Source of the DNA: Eledone cirrhosa
Taxonomy: Eukaryota
DNA length: 64,000 nt
Direction: 5' to 3'
Assembly: GCA_964016885.1 (NCBI GenBank)
Contig: OZ024752.1
Coordinates: forward strand, 40,362,001-40,426,000
Position numbers and translations under genes: made by a program. This document shows positions 25,662 to 38,414 of this stretch, piece after piece. A model generated the notes under the pieces. That model ran no database searches. It saw only the letters and a list, made by a program, of their open reading frames with translations, and had not been told where the DNA came from. Positions within the stretch are counted from its first letter, which is position 1; the number at the start of each line of letters is the position of its first letter.

Positions 25662-26829
25662 CAGTTCCAAGCCTGTCTGTAAAGGTGGTGAATTGGTAGA
25701 GTTGTTAGAACGTTGGGTAGAGTGCTTTACATTTCATCCTTTCAAGGATGATAAAAAAAAAGGTATCAGTCAAATACTGGGGTTGATTCTTCCTCTATAT
25801 CTCTTGTTCATTTCCATTCTCTCTCTGGAAGCAGTCTACTGTGTTTGGACCCAGAGAAGGATGGGCTCCACCTGGCTTAAAAAGACCCCTAAAATGCTGT
25901 ATGTCACTATGGCGCCCCGATGACTCCATCAGGAGTTACGAGACCATACCAACTTGTGCTGGGTAGACTCCTGGCTGTCTGAAAAGGTAGTGTTGGGGAT
26001 CCGTAAGCTTGTTGAGTAAACAGACCTTTCAAAAAGTTGGGGTCCATGGGAAAATTCATTTAAATGAACAAGGTTTTTGGTAGTGAAAAGTTGGTGAACC
26101 ACTGTTTTACACAGTTGTTTGACTAACTACAAACCCCTTTGTCAGGTTCAGACTTCAAGAACCCTCCAAACACGACTTTTGATAAAGGATCTTTTGAGCT
26201 GTTCCTAAGGAAACTTGATTGTCTATGTTACAGATCTTCATGAGCCATACTTACTGGAGTTTACCTCAACAATAAGAAAGGACATAAAACAAAAGTAAAT
26301 TTATAAAAAAAACAAACAAACATTGATAACCCTCATGTTGGGATTCCTTTAAATAAAGATGACCTGTTAAATTGGCAGGGTCATTAAAGCACTGGACAAA
26401 ATGGTTTCCATTGTTCAGGCTGAAAGGCAAAGCTAACCTCTTCAAATCTTGCTGAGGTTAGCTTTACCTTTCATCCTTATTGGGTCAATAAAATAAAGTA
26501 CCAGTAACGTACTGGTGTCAATTTAATCAACACCCCCAAATTGTTGACCTTGTGCCTAAATCAGAAAACATTATTATTATTAAATCCTGCCGAGGTTAAC
26601 TTCGCCTTTCATCCTTACGGGGTCGATAAAATAAAGTACCAGTAATGCACTGGGGTAATTGCTGGCCTTGTGCCAAAAGTAGAAACAATTATTATTATTA
26701 TTATTTGCTATGGTCAGTATCAATAGAGCAGCTGACAAAAGGTTTTGTAGATTTTGAGTTCAAATCCCAGCAAGGTCAACTTTGCCTTTCATCCTTCCAG
26801 GGTTGATATAATCAACTCTCTCCTTCCCT

Positions 26830-27285
26830 TTAACCCTTTAGCATTTAAACAGGCTGTATCCGGTCAGAATTCTCTCACTTCTTTCTATTCAAACCGGCTG
26901 TAGCCAGCCGCTCATACTGACGTTAAGGTATTGTTCTCAAAATAAATAACATCAACATCTTGTAGATTCGATATTATGTGACATATGTGAGATAAAGCCT
27001 TTACCACAAAAATACAATAATATATTCCTAACGATCGACTTTCGTCAAATCGGACCGAGGAAACAGTGTTTCCATTGGTCTTTCCAATTGCTAATACTAT
27101 CTATCGGTCGCAACTCCAGGTAGAAGGAGCAATGTGAAATAAAGTGTCTTGCTCAAGGACATAACGCATCGCCCGGTCCAGGAATCGAACTCACAACCAC
27201 ACGTTTGCGAATCCAATTCTCTAACCACTCAGCCACACGCCTTCACAATAATATATGTAGAGTAATCTAAATGCTAAAGGGTTAA
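26830..27285 (+). mobile_element. piggyBac-like MITE carrying a SINE C insertion
   Basis: TTAA-CCCTTTAGCATTTA...TAAATGCTAAAGGG-TTAA. Confidence 0.9.
27026..27244 (-). mobile_element. SINE family C, full length
   Basis: A box TGGCTGAGTGG, B box GAGTTCGATTCC, 12-bp TSD ACAATAATATAT (27014-25, 27245-56). Confidence 0.85.
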
Positions 27286-27866
27286 ATTGCTGGCCTTGTG
27301 CAAATGTTGGAAAGAATTATTATTTGCCAAGGTTAATTTTGCCTTTAATCCATTCGAGGTTGATCAAAATTAAGTACCAGTAAAATACTGAGGTCAATGT
27401 AATCAACTTTCCTTTCCCCACAAATTGCTGACCTTGTGCCCACTAAATTAAAATCATGGGATTTGAATCCATTCTGATTTCAAATCCCGCTGAAGTTAAC
27501 TTTTCCTTTCATCCTTATGAGGTCGATTAAATAAAGTACCAGTAATGCACTGGGATAATTGCTGGCCTTGTGTCAAAAGTAGAACCAATTAATATTATTT
27601 TTTTTTTTATTGTATGAGTAACATCCTTATTTCATTTCTTTCTGTCAATCTTTTCTCATGGTGATATAAATTAGAATTTCATATCTTTTTTGCTCTTGTC
27701 AGTAGCCTTTCCCTTTTCTCTCTCTTAGTAGCTCCACCCCTCACTGTAGCTGTCATGTTTTGGTTGTCTGACAAAGAAATGACCAATTTATTTATTTTTA
27801 TAAACACTGACAAGTTGCTTCCTTCCTCTTGTTCTTATTCCTGCAAAAACAAATTAGAGATATAAA

Positions 27867-28640
27867 TATTTTACCATTAATCTATATACCATTAGTATTT
27901 TACCATTAATCTATATACCATTAGTAGTTTACCATTAATCTATATACCATTAATATTTTACCATTAATCTATATACCATTAGTATTTTACCATTAATCTA
28001 TATACCATTAGTATTTTACCATTAATCTATATACCATTAGTATTTTACCATTAATCTATATACCATTAATATTTTACCATTAATCTATATACCATTAATA
28101 TTTTACCATTAATCTATATACCATTAGTATTTTACCATTAATCTATATACCATTAGTATTTTACCATTAATCTATATACCATTAGTATTTTATGATTAAT
28201 CTATATACCATTACTATTTTACCATTAATCTATATACCATTAGTATTTTGCCATTAATCTATATACAATTAATATTTTCCTATTAATCTATATACCATTA
28301 CTATTTTACCATTAGTATTTTGCCATTAATCTATATACAATTAGTAGTTTACCATTCATCTATATACCATTAATATTTTACCATTAATCTATATAACATT
28401 AGTATTTTACCATTAATCTATATACCATTAATATTTTAACATTAATCTATATACCATTAATATTTTAACATTAATCTATATACCATTAATATTTTAACAT
28501 TAATCTATATACCATTAATATTTTAACATTAATCTATATACCATTAATATTTTACCATTAATCTATATACCATTAGTATTTTACCATTAATCTATATACC
28601 ATTAATATTTTACCATTAATCTATATACCATTAATATTTT
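27867..28640. repeat. 29-bp AT-rich minisatellite
   Basis: TATTTTACCATTAATCTATATACCATTAG unit. Confidence 0.95.
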
Positions 28641-28794
28641 ACCATTAATCTATATACAATTGTTCAGAACAATGCACCAGAAAAAACACTTGATACTTTA
28701 TGATAGGTCATTTCCTGTTTCATATCTTTTATGAAATTATTTCTGCATCATTATGGCTATTTAAACCTGATGTAGTCCTATTATTGTTTGAGCT

Positions 28795-28983
28795 TGGATT
28801 GGCAGTATCGGTAGAGGATCGGACACCATGCTTTATAGCAAAGAGTTACGGCTCTTTATGGTCTGAGTTCAAATCCCGCTGAGGTTAACTTTGCCTTTCA
28901 TCCTTACGGGGTCGATAAAATAAAGCACCAGTAATACACTGGGGTAATTGCTGGCCTTGTGCAAAAAAGTAGAAACAATTATT
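28795..28983 (+). mobile_element. SINE B
   Basis: Conserved SINE B blocks. Confidence 0.85.
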
Positions 28984-29231
28984 GTTTGAGCTTCAACAAT
29001 TGAGTAAATGGAGAGGTAAATATTCATTGGAACCTCGGTTCACAAACACCTCTCATCATGTACACCTCTCATCATGTACACCTCTCATCACAAACACCTC
29101 TCATCATGTACACTTCTCATCATGTACACCTCTCATCATGTACACCTCTCATCACAAACACTTCTCATCAAATTGGTTCTTGAACAATTATTCCGAACAT
29201 AAAACGTCTCGGTTCACAACCTGTGTCTATA

Positions 29232-29617
29232 TATATTGCTTGAATTCCCACATGTAGAATACATATTGCCTCAGTTTTCACATGTAGAACATATTGCCTC
29301 AATTCCCACATGTAGAATACATATTGCCTCAATTCCCACATGTAGAATACATATTGCCTCAATTCCCACATGTAGAATACATATTGCCTCAATTCCCACA
29401 TGTAGAATATATTTTCTCAATTCTCACATGTAGAACATATACTGCCTCAATTCTCACATGTAGAACATTGTCTCAATTCTCACATGTAGAACATATTGTC
29501 TCAATTCCCACATGTAGAACATATCGTCTCAATTCCCACATGTAGAATATATTGTCTCAATTCCCACATGTAGAATATATTGTCTCAATTCCCACATGTG
29601 GAATATATTGTTTCAAT
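29232..29617. repeat. 28-30-bp minisatellite
   Basis: TCAATTCCCACATGTAGAATACATATTGCC unit. Confidence 0.9.
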
Positions 29618-29631
29618 TATTACCCATAGAA

Positions 29632-29839
29632 TATGAGCGTCGGCTGAAAAGTTCATAGGCTGACCAAGATACTCTCATGGAACGACCACACGAAAGTTTA
29701 TTTTTCAACATTAAACCCTGGAAAGAAACAATGCAGTTATTAAGAAGAAGAAGAGTTGAAATTAATGCATGCAAGATTTCACAGCTCTAGCATCAATCGT
29801 TCATAGTCAGCCAATGAACCTTTTCAGCTCACCCTCATA
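29632..29839 (-). mobile_element. Mariner-like MITE
   Basis: Reverse complement of the 21878-22144 family. Confidence 0.8.
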
Positions 29840-29947
29840 TATTGCCTCAGTTCTCCCTTGTTAGATCTGTGTGGAATGTATTCGGAGAATGTTCGTACAA
29901 CCCCTTGCTGTTTTCTTTAGCTCCTGGCTAAATCTGATCAGATTTCA

Positions 29948-30105
29948 GACATCATCATCACTCGTCGACTACTGTCGAGATGATGGATCTCACCCTCATG
30001 CCCCCAGAATCCCCTGTCCCCCATCGCCGCCCCCAGGTCCTGTCTGCTGATTCCCGTATCCCTAGAGATAACGTCAGGGAATGACAGCTTCCTACTCCTA
30101 GTCAG
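29948..30105 (-). mobile_element. RTE-X-like LINE 3' fragment
   Basis: RSRKLSFPDVISRDTG...AMGDRGFW followed by a (GAT)n end. Confidence 0.6.
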
Positions 30106-30371
30106 GCTGGAGTCAGGGTTCCAGAGCAAGAGAGCGGATATGATTTCAGACTTAGGACCAACAGCATTCCACCCATGACTATCCTGTCTTCTGTTCAGAC
30201 AGTCTATCTGGGAGTACATTATCCAATGTGTCTCTAGGAGGAAAAGAAAACAAAAAAACAAACAACTACAATAACAAAGAAAAGTGGTAGGGTGTGGTTA
30301 GAAAGAAGGTTAACTGCAGTTTCTAGCAAATTAAACAACCACAGTCACTTCTGGCAGTGAGAGATTTTTTT

Positions 30372-30634
30372 GTGACTGTGAGTGAATGAGAGAGGGTGTG
30401 TGTGTGTGTGTGTGTGAGTGAGAGTGTGTGTGAGTGAGAGAGAGAGAGTGAGAGAGTGTGTGTGTGAGAGAGAGAGGTAGTGAGAGTGTGAGTGAGAGAG
30501 TGTGCGTGTGTGTGTGTGTGTGTGAGAGTGAGAGTGTGTGTGTGAGAGCATGTGTGAGTGAGAGGTAGAGTGAGAGAAAGAGAGAGTGAGTGAGTGTGTG
30601 TGTGTGTGTCTGAGAGTATGTGCGTGTGTGAGTG

Positions 30635-30666
<32 letters not shown>

Positions 30667-31053
30667 TATGTGCATGTGTGAGTGAGAGGTAGAGTGAGAG
30701 TGTGTGAGTGAGAGAAAGAGAGTGAGAGGGTGTGTGTGTGTGAGTGAGAGGTAGAGTGAGAGTGTGTGTGAGTGAGAGAAAGAGAGAGAGTGTGTGTGTG
30801 TGTGTGAGAGAGTATGTGCGTGTGTGAGTGAGAGGTAGAGTGAGAGTGTGTGAGTAAGAGAGAGAGAGTGAGAGAGCATGTGTGTGTGTGTGTGTGTGTG
30901 AGTATGTGCATGTGTGAGTGAGAGTGTGTGTGTGAATTTTTGTTGGATTTAGATTTTCAATTGAGGATTTCCTGATCAGATTTGAGTCACATGGTACAAA
31001 TGACTGTTTGTACGAGATATTGGCTTGTCACCATAACAACCAAACCAAAAACA

Positions 31054-31132
<79 letters not shown>

Positions 31133-31300
31133 ACACACACACACATACATACACACACACACAAATACGCACACACGCACACACACACACAGACATATGC
31201 ACACACACATACATACGCACACACACACACAAATACACACACAGACATACGCACACACACAGACATACGCACACACACACACTCACCCCCACACACACAT
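30372..31300. repeat. GT/GA compound microsatellite (30372-30935) and CA microsatellite (31056-31300)
   Basis: Dinucleotide composition. Confidence 0.95.
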
Positions 31301-31732
31301 ACTCACCCATACAAAAGTAACTTAACTAATAAGTAGAAGAATTTAATTATTGATTGTCATGTGACCAGAATAAGAGAATATTTATGGAAAAAACGTGACT
31401 GGTTGTTGAATGATGTCATTGAAAGTTTTTTTTTGGAGGGGGGTGGCTAGTTGTGGCTTGTTGAATTATGTCATTGAAAGTGGTAGAGGGGGTGGTGGTG
31501 GTGGTGGTGGTAGTTGTCTAGTTTAGCCCCATTTCTGTGCTGGTTAAGCAAACTTATGATCAAAGATATTCCAACCATGACCATCCTGTATTTTGTAGAC
31601 CAAAGACTATATATATCATCATCATCGTTTAACGTCTATCTTCCACGCTAGCATGGGTTAGACGGGAGTTGTCCCACTTGAGGCAAGATTGGTTGGGTGA
31701 CCGTGTCTCGCTCGTATAGGACTATCTGGCTA

Positions 31733-32085
31733 TATCATCATCATCATCATCATCATCATCATTTTACGTCCACTTTTCCCTGCTTGCAAGCGTGGGACGG
31801 GAACTGATTCTGGCTTGATTTCTACAGCTGGATGCCCTTCCTAACACCAACCTCATTTACAGTGGAGTGCTGGGTGCTTTTTTGCCGTGGCACCTACACG
31901 ACCACTTTGCAGTGGAATGATAGGGACTGGGGTCCCTATCATCTCATTTCTACAGCTGATTAAACTGGAGCAATGTGAAATAAAGTGTCTTGCTCAAGGA
32001 AACAACACATCACCCGGTCTGAGAATTGAACTCACAACCTTTCGATTGCAAGGCCAATGCTCTAACCACTAAGCCATATGCCTCC
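31733..32085 (-). mobile_element. SINE family A
   Basis: Reverse complement of family A. Confidence 0.9.
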
Positions 32086-32100
32086 ATATATATATATATA

Positions 32101-32272
32101 TAGTAATAATAATAAATTTGAAGACTAAAATCCAAAGAGGGCTCGATAAGGATAAATATATATCAAATATATAAGAACCGTAGAGCAAAAATTTATTAAA
32201 ATAACAGATTAAAGTTTAAGCAAAGAATCGCTGCTTTCACCCTTAACAGGATCTTCTTTGCTTAAACTTTAA
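32101..32272. repeat. (TA)n-associated dispersed repeat family 5
   Basis: Pieces recur at 49040-49140, 49641-49773, 53926-53995, 57205-57280. Confidence 0.75.
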
Positions 32273-32329
32273 TATATATAAAATAAAGTTAAATAAAAGT
32301 CAAATGATTAAAATTTAGCTTCGTTTATT

Positions 32330-32396
32330 ACTGCTATATATATATTTCAGTGACACCCATCTTTGGCTGTGACCTCTTCAGGCAGTTTGAATTAGT
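32330..32396 (-). ncRNA. Hammerhead ribozyme motif, family 3
   Basis: actgc-CTGAAGA-ggtcacagcca/tgggtgtcact-GAA-ATATATATAT-A-gcagt. Confidence 0.8.
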
Positions 32397-32533
32397 ATGG
32401 TATAGACAAGTACATATGTTGTTTAGGTGTATAATATTGTCAATACTCTGATATGCCCAGTTCCTTGTTGGGTTGTTATTTCACTGAGGAACTGGAGTCA
32501 TATGAAGTGTAATAGGATGCCAATATTTCTCCA

Positions 32534-33546
32534 TTAACCCTTAAGCATTTAAACCGTTTGTATCCGGCTAGAATGCTCACAATTCTCTCTGTTCAAACCG
32601 GTTGTAACCAACCACTCATGCTCATGTTAAGCTATTGTTCTCAAAATATATAATTGTTTCTACTTTTGGCCCAAGGCCAGCAATTACCCAGTGCATTACT
32701 GGTACTTTATTTTATCGACCCTCAAAATATATAATTGTTTCTACTTTTGGCACAAGGCCAGCAATTACACAGTGCATTACTGGTACTTTATTTTATCGAC
32801 CCTCAAAATATATAATTGTTTCTACTTTTGGCACAAGGCCAGCAATTACCCAGTGCATTACTGGTACTTTATTTTATCGACCCTCAAAATATATAATTGT
32901 TTCTACTTTAGGCACAAGGCCAGCAATTACCCAGCGCATTACTGGTACTTTATTTTATCGACCTCGTAAGGATGAAAGGCAAAGTTAACCTCGGCGAGAT
33001 TTGAACTCAGACCGTAAAGGGACGTAACTCTGCTGGAAAGCATGGCGTTCAACCCTCTACTGCCATGAAATAATTGTTTCTACTTTTGGCACAAGGCCAG
33101 CAAATACCCAGTGCATTACTGGTACTTTATTTTATTGACCCTCAAAATATAAAATTGTTTCTACTTTTGGCACAAGGCCAGCAATTACCCAGTGCATTAC
33201 TGGTACTTTATTTTATCGACCCTCAAAATATATAATTGTTTCTACTTTTGGCACAAGGCCAGCAATTACCCAGTGCATTACTGGTACTTTATTTTATCGA
33301 CCCCGTAAGGATGAAAGGCAAAGTTAACCTCGGCGGGATTTGAACTCAGGCCGTAAAGGTACGTAACTATGCTGGAAGGCATCGCGTCCGACCCTCTACC
33401 GATACTGCCAATCCACCGCCCTTCTCAAAATAAATAATATCAAAATCTCATAGACTCGATATTATGAGAGATAATTATGTAAGATAAAGCCTTTACCATG
33501 AAAATATAATAGTAAATATAGAGTAATATAAATTCTAAAAGGTTAA
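32534..33546 (+). mobile_element. piggyBac-like MITE expanded by a minus-strand SINE B tandem array
   Basis: TTAA ends; SINE flanked by TTCTCAAAATA duplication; 81-bp tail units repeated. Confidence 0.85.
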
Positions 33547-33770
33547 GAGTTTTCTCTAGTTCCTTCTTTTATCCAATTATCTATGTTTGGTTCAGGAATT
33601 TAACTGTTATTGAATATTTTTAGAGTTATTGTTACTGGATCTATCTACTTATCTTCCTATGCCAACTGCCAGTTTACCTATGTTTTGATTGTGTATTGAT
33701 ACATGTATCTGGTGCATCATATTGATACTTCAATGTATGCTGCAGTCTCTCAATGAAATCTTTTGATCCT

Positions 33771-34048
33771 GACGGGTGATGTGTTGTTTCCTTGAGCAAG
33801 ACACTTTATTTCACATTGCTCCAGTTTACTCAGCTGTAGAAATGAGATGATAGAGACTGGGGTCTATATCATTCCACTGCAAAGTGGTCGTGGAGGTGCC
33901 ACGGCAAAAAAAAAGCACCCAGCACTCACTGTAAATGAGGTTGGTGTTTGGAAGGACATCCAGCTGTAGAAATCAAGCCAGAGACAGTTCCCGTCCCACC
34001 CTTGCAAGCAGGGAAAAAGCGGACGTAAAATGAAATGATGATGATGAT
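33771..34048 (+). mobile_element. SINE family A, 5' truncated
   Basis: Starts after the tRNA head. Confidence 0.85.
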
Positions 34049-34470
34049 GTTGACATAACATTTAGTTTTTGACTTGGTTTTCTATGGCTGGATGCCCTTC
34101 CTAATACCATCTGTGTGTGTGTGTTTATCTGTGTAAATCAGTGAAACAAAATTCAATATATGACTAAGAGTGATGTATAATTTATTAGAACTAGCTTTGG
34201 AGAACAAGATCTCTGTGTATTCACACACACACACACATCTGTGTGTACTCTTATACACACTCAGGTACAAAGAAAAAAGGAAATGATTGAATGACTAAAA
34301 TAGGTCGACTTCCTTACTAACTCCATGCTCTACTAGTTGACTCGACTGTTCATTAATATTCTGCTAGTGTATACACATGTTTGGAGAAAACACACAATTC
34401 ATCCCATTACAAGTACTACTGTATAAATAAGGCCACAGAGTCTGGAGAAACCAGCTATCGGTTGGCCAGT

Positions 34471-34689
34471 TTAACCCTTTAGCATTTAAACCGGCTGTAT
34501 CTGGCCAAAATTCTCTCACCTCTTTCTGTTCAAACCAGCCACTAATACTGATATTAAAGTATTCTTCTCAAAATAAATGATATAAAAATCTCATAGATTC
34601 CATATTATGTGAGATAATTATGCGAGGTAAAGCTTTTACCACAAAATTATAATAGTATATATAGAGTAATGTAAATGCTAAATGGTTAA
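34471..34689 (+). mobile_element. piggyBac-like MITE, complete
   Basis: TTAA-CCCTTTAGCATTTA...TAAATGCTAAATGG-TTAA. Confidence 0.9.
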
Positions 34690-34731
34690 ATCATGTGACT
34701 GGCACAATGTTATGGCCTTTGTCAAAATACT

Positions 34732-35168
34732 TTAACCGTTTAGCATTCACATTACTCTATATATACTATTGTATTTTTACGGTAAAGGCTTTAACTCACA
34801 TAATACAGAATCTATGAAATTTTGATATTATTTATTTTTAAGAACAATACCTTAACATCAGTATGAGAGACTAGTTATGGCCGAATTGAACTGAAAGCGG
34901 TGAGAGAATTCTGGCCGGCTACAGCCAGTTTAAACTGAAAGAGGTGAAAGAATTCTGGCTGGATACAGCTGGTTTAAACTGAAAGAGGTGAAAGAATTCT
35001 GGCCAGATACAGCTGGTTTAAACTGAAAGAGGTGAAAGAATTCTGGCTGGATACAGCTGGTTTAAACTGAAAGAGGTGAAAGAATTCTGGCCGGATACAG
35101 CCAGTTTAAACTGAAAGAGGTGAAAGAATTCTGGCCGGATACAGCTGGTTTAAATGCTAAAGGGTTAA
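34732..35168 (-). mobile_element. piggyBac-like MITE with six 44-bp internal tandem units
   Basis: TTAA ends; units at 34891, 34935, 34979, 35023, 35067, 35111. Confidence 0.85.
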
Positions 35169-35285
35169 CATTTTACTCTCAACAGTGAAACCCACTTACC
35201 TATATATGTTGCTGTTATTTAGTCTCTGATTCAACTGGCTTGTGATCAAAATCTGTTCTAATCATGATCATTTTTTTCTTTTCAA

Positions 35286-37410
35286 GTGTATCTGTGGGAC
35301 TATGTTACCTAATATATGTATTTCAGAGGGAGTCTGTGGGACTAGAGGTATCTGTGGGACTATGTTACCTAATATATGTATTTCAGAGGTGTCTGTGGGA
35401 CTATGTTACCTAATATATGTATTTCAGAGGTGTCTGTGGGACTAGAGGTATCTGTGGGACTATGTTACCTAATATATGTATTTCAGAGGTGTCTGTGGGA
35501 CTAGAGGTATCTGTGGGACTATGTTACCTAATATATGTATTTCAGAGGTGTCTGTGGGACTAGAGGTATCTGTGGGACTATGTTACCTAATATATGTATT
35601 TCAGAGGTGTCTGTGGGACTAGAGGTATCTGTGGGACTATGTTACCTAATATATGTATTTCAGAGGTATCTGTGGGACTATGTTACCTAATATATGTATT
35701 TCAGAGGTGTCTGTGGGACTAGAGGTATCTGTGGGACTATGTTACCTAATATATGTATTTCAGAGGTGTCTGTGGGACTAGAGGAATCTGTGGGACTATG
35801 TTACCTAATATATGTATTTCAGAGGTGTCTGTGGGACTATGTTACCTAATATATGTATTTCAGAGGTGTCTGTGGGACTAGAGGTATCTGTGGGACTATG
35901 TTACCTAATATATGTATTTCAGAGGTGTCTGTGGGACTAGAGGTGTCTGTGGGACTATGTTACCTAATATATGTATTTCAGAGGTGTCTGTGGGACTATG
36001 TTACCTAATATATGTATTTCAGAGGTGTCTGTGGGACTAGAGGTATCTGTGGGACTATGTTACCTAATATATGTATTTCAGAGGTATCTGTGGGACTAGA
36101 GGTATCTGTGGGACTATGTTACCTAATATATGTATTTCAGAGGTGTCTGTGGGACTAGAGGAATCTGTGGGACTATGTTACCTAATATATGTATTTCAGA
36201 GGTGTCTGTGGGACTAGAGGTGTCTGTGGGACTATGTTACCTAATATATGTATTTCAGAGGTGTCTGTGGGACTATGTTACCTAATATATGTATTTCAGA
36301 GGTGTCTGTGGGACTAGAGGTATCTGTGGGACTATGTTACCTAATATATGTATTTCAGAGGTATCTGTGGGACTAGAGGAATCTGTGGGACTATGTTACC
36401 TAATATATGTATTTCAGAGGTATCTGTGGGACTAGAGGAATCTGTGGGACTATGTTACCTAATATATGTATTTCAGAGGTATCTGTGGGACTAGAGGTGT
36501 CTGTGGGACTAGACGTGTCTGTGGGACTAGAGGTGTCTGTGGGACTATGTTACCTAATATATGTATTTCAGAGGGAGTCTGTAGGACTAGAGGTATCTGT
36601 GGGACTATGTTACCTAATATATGTATTTCAGAGGTGTCTGTGGGACTAGAGGTATCTGTGGGACTATGTTACCTAATATATGTATTTCAGAGGTGTCTGT
36701 GGGACTAGAGCTATCTGTGGGACTATGTTACCTAATATATGTATTTCAGAGGTGTCTGTGGGACTAGAGCTATCTGTGGGACTATGTTACCTAATATATG
36801 TATTTCAGAGGTGTCTGTGGGACTAGAGGTATCTGTGGGACTATGTTACCTAATATATGTATTTCAGAGGTGTCTGTGGGACTATGTTACCTAATATATG
36901 TATTTCAGAGGTGTCTGTGGGACTAGAGGTGTCTGTGGGATTGTTACCTAATATATGTATTTCAGAGGTGTCTGTGGGACTAGAGGTATCTGTGGGACTA
37001 TGTTACCTAATATATGTATTTCAGAGGTGTCTGTGGGACTATGTTACCTAATATATGTATTTCAGAGGTGTCTGTGGGACTAGAGGTGTCTGTGGGATTG
37101 TTACCTAATATATGTATTTCAGAGGTGTCTGTGGGACTAGAGGTATCTGTGGGACTATGTTACCTAATATATGTATTTCAGAGGTGTCTGTGGGACTAGA
37201 GGTGTCTGTGGGACTATGTTACCTAATATATGTATTTCAGAGGTATCTGTGGGACTAGAGGTGTCTGTGGGACTATGTTACCTAATATATGTATTTCAGA
37301 GGTGTCTGTGGGACTATGTTACCTAATATATGTATTTCAGAGGTGTCTGTGGGACTAGAGGTGTCTGTGGGATTGTTACCTAACATGTATTTTCAGAGGT
37401 CTGTAGGATT
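35286..37410. repeat. ~2.1-kb minisatellite of 41-bp and 18-bp subunits
   Basis: GAGGTATCTGTGGGACTATGTTACCTAATATATGTATTTCA and GAGGTGTCTGTGGGACTA in variable order. Confidence 0.95.
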
Positions 37411-38016
37411 CATCATCATCATCATCACTGTTTTACGTCCGTTCTTCCACGCTAGCATGGGTTAGACGGGTTGTCCTGTTGTGGGCAGTGTCTGGTTGGC
37501 TGACCTTTTCTTGCTCATACAGGAACTGATTCTGGCTTGATTTCTACAGCTGGATGCCCTTCCTAACACCAACCTCATTTACAGTGAGTGCTGGGTGCTT
37601 TTTTTGCTGTGGCACCTCCACGACCAGTTTGCAGTGGGAGAGGGTGGGGGCATATTGTCTATATGCTTCAGCTTCGGCTTGTACCCGTGGGAGGTCGGGT
37701 ACTCTGTATTACTGCGTGACACCAGAGGTCACAGTCGTGTGTCATCGCCCTTGAGAGGTGTAATTGGGTAAGGTCGGCTTTTATCACATCATCCCAGGTT
37801 TTCTTGCGTCTCCTCACTCCGCGGATTCCATTGACTTCTAGTGCTCTGCACCTTTTTATGCAGCTGTCATCCTTCATACGCATCACATGTCCATACCAAT
37901 GCAACCGCCTCTCCTGCACACAGCATTTGATTCCTCTTATGCTCAGTCTCTCTCTCAATTCATTTATGCTTTGCCGTTCGCATATATTACTATTACACAT
38001 CCATCGGAGCATGCAG
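37411..38016 (-). mobile_element. RTE-clade LINE 3' fragment with 3' UTR
   Basis: MLRWMCN..RRLHWYGHVMRM..KKTWDDVIKADL; (GAT)n tail; second copy at 43662-44152. Confidence 0.85.
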
Positions 38017-38074
38017 GCTTCGTTTCTTTACACAATGTGTACTTTCAGGGGTCTGTAGGATTATGTTACACAAT

Positions 38075-38414
38075 GGAGGCACATGGCTTAGTGGTTAGAG
38101 CATTGGCCTTGCAATCGAAAGGTTGTGAGTTCAATTCTCAGACCGGGTGATGTGTTGTTTCCTTGAGCAAGACACTTTATTTCACATTGCTTCAGTTTAC
38201 TCAGCTGTAGAAATGAGATGATAGGGACTGGGGTCCATATCATTCCACTGCAAAGTGGTCGTGGAGGTGCCACGGCAAAAAAGCACCCAGCACTCACTGT
38301 AAATGAGGTTGGTGTTAGGAAGGGCATCCAGCTGTAGAAATCAAGCCAAAATCAGTTCCCGTCCCACCCTTGCAAGCAGGGAAAAAGTGGACGTAAAATG
38401 AAATGATGATGATG
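38075..38414 (+). mobile_element. SINE family A
   Basis: Full length. Confidence 0.9.

Noticed and set aside
32397-32530. Possible Penelope GIY-YIG ORF end upstream of the family 3 hammerhead
   Set aside because: No recognisable protein motif by eye
35286-37410. CRISPR-like arrays (also 1-916, 60306-60804)
   Set aside because: No unique spacers, no cas genes, eukaryotic context
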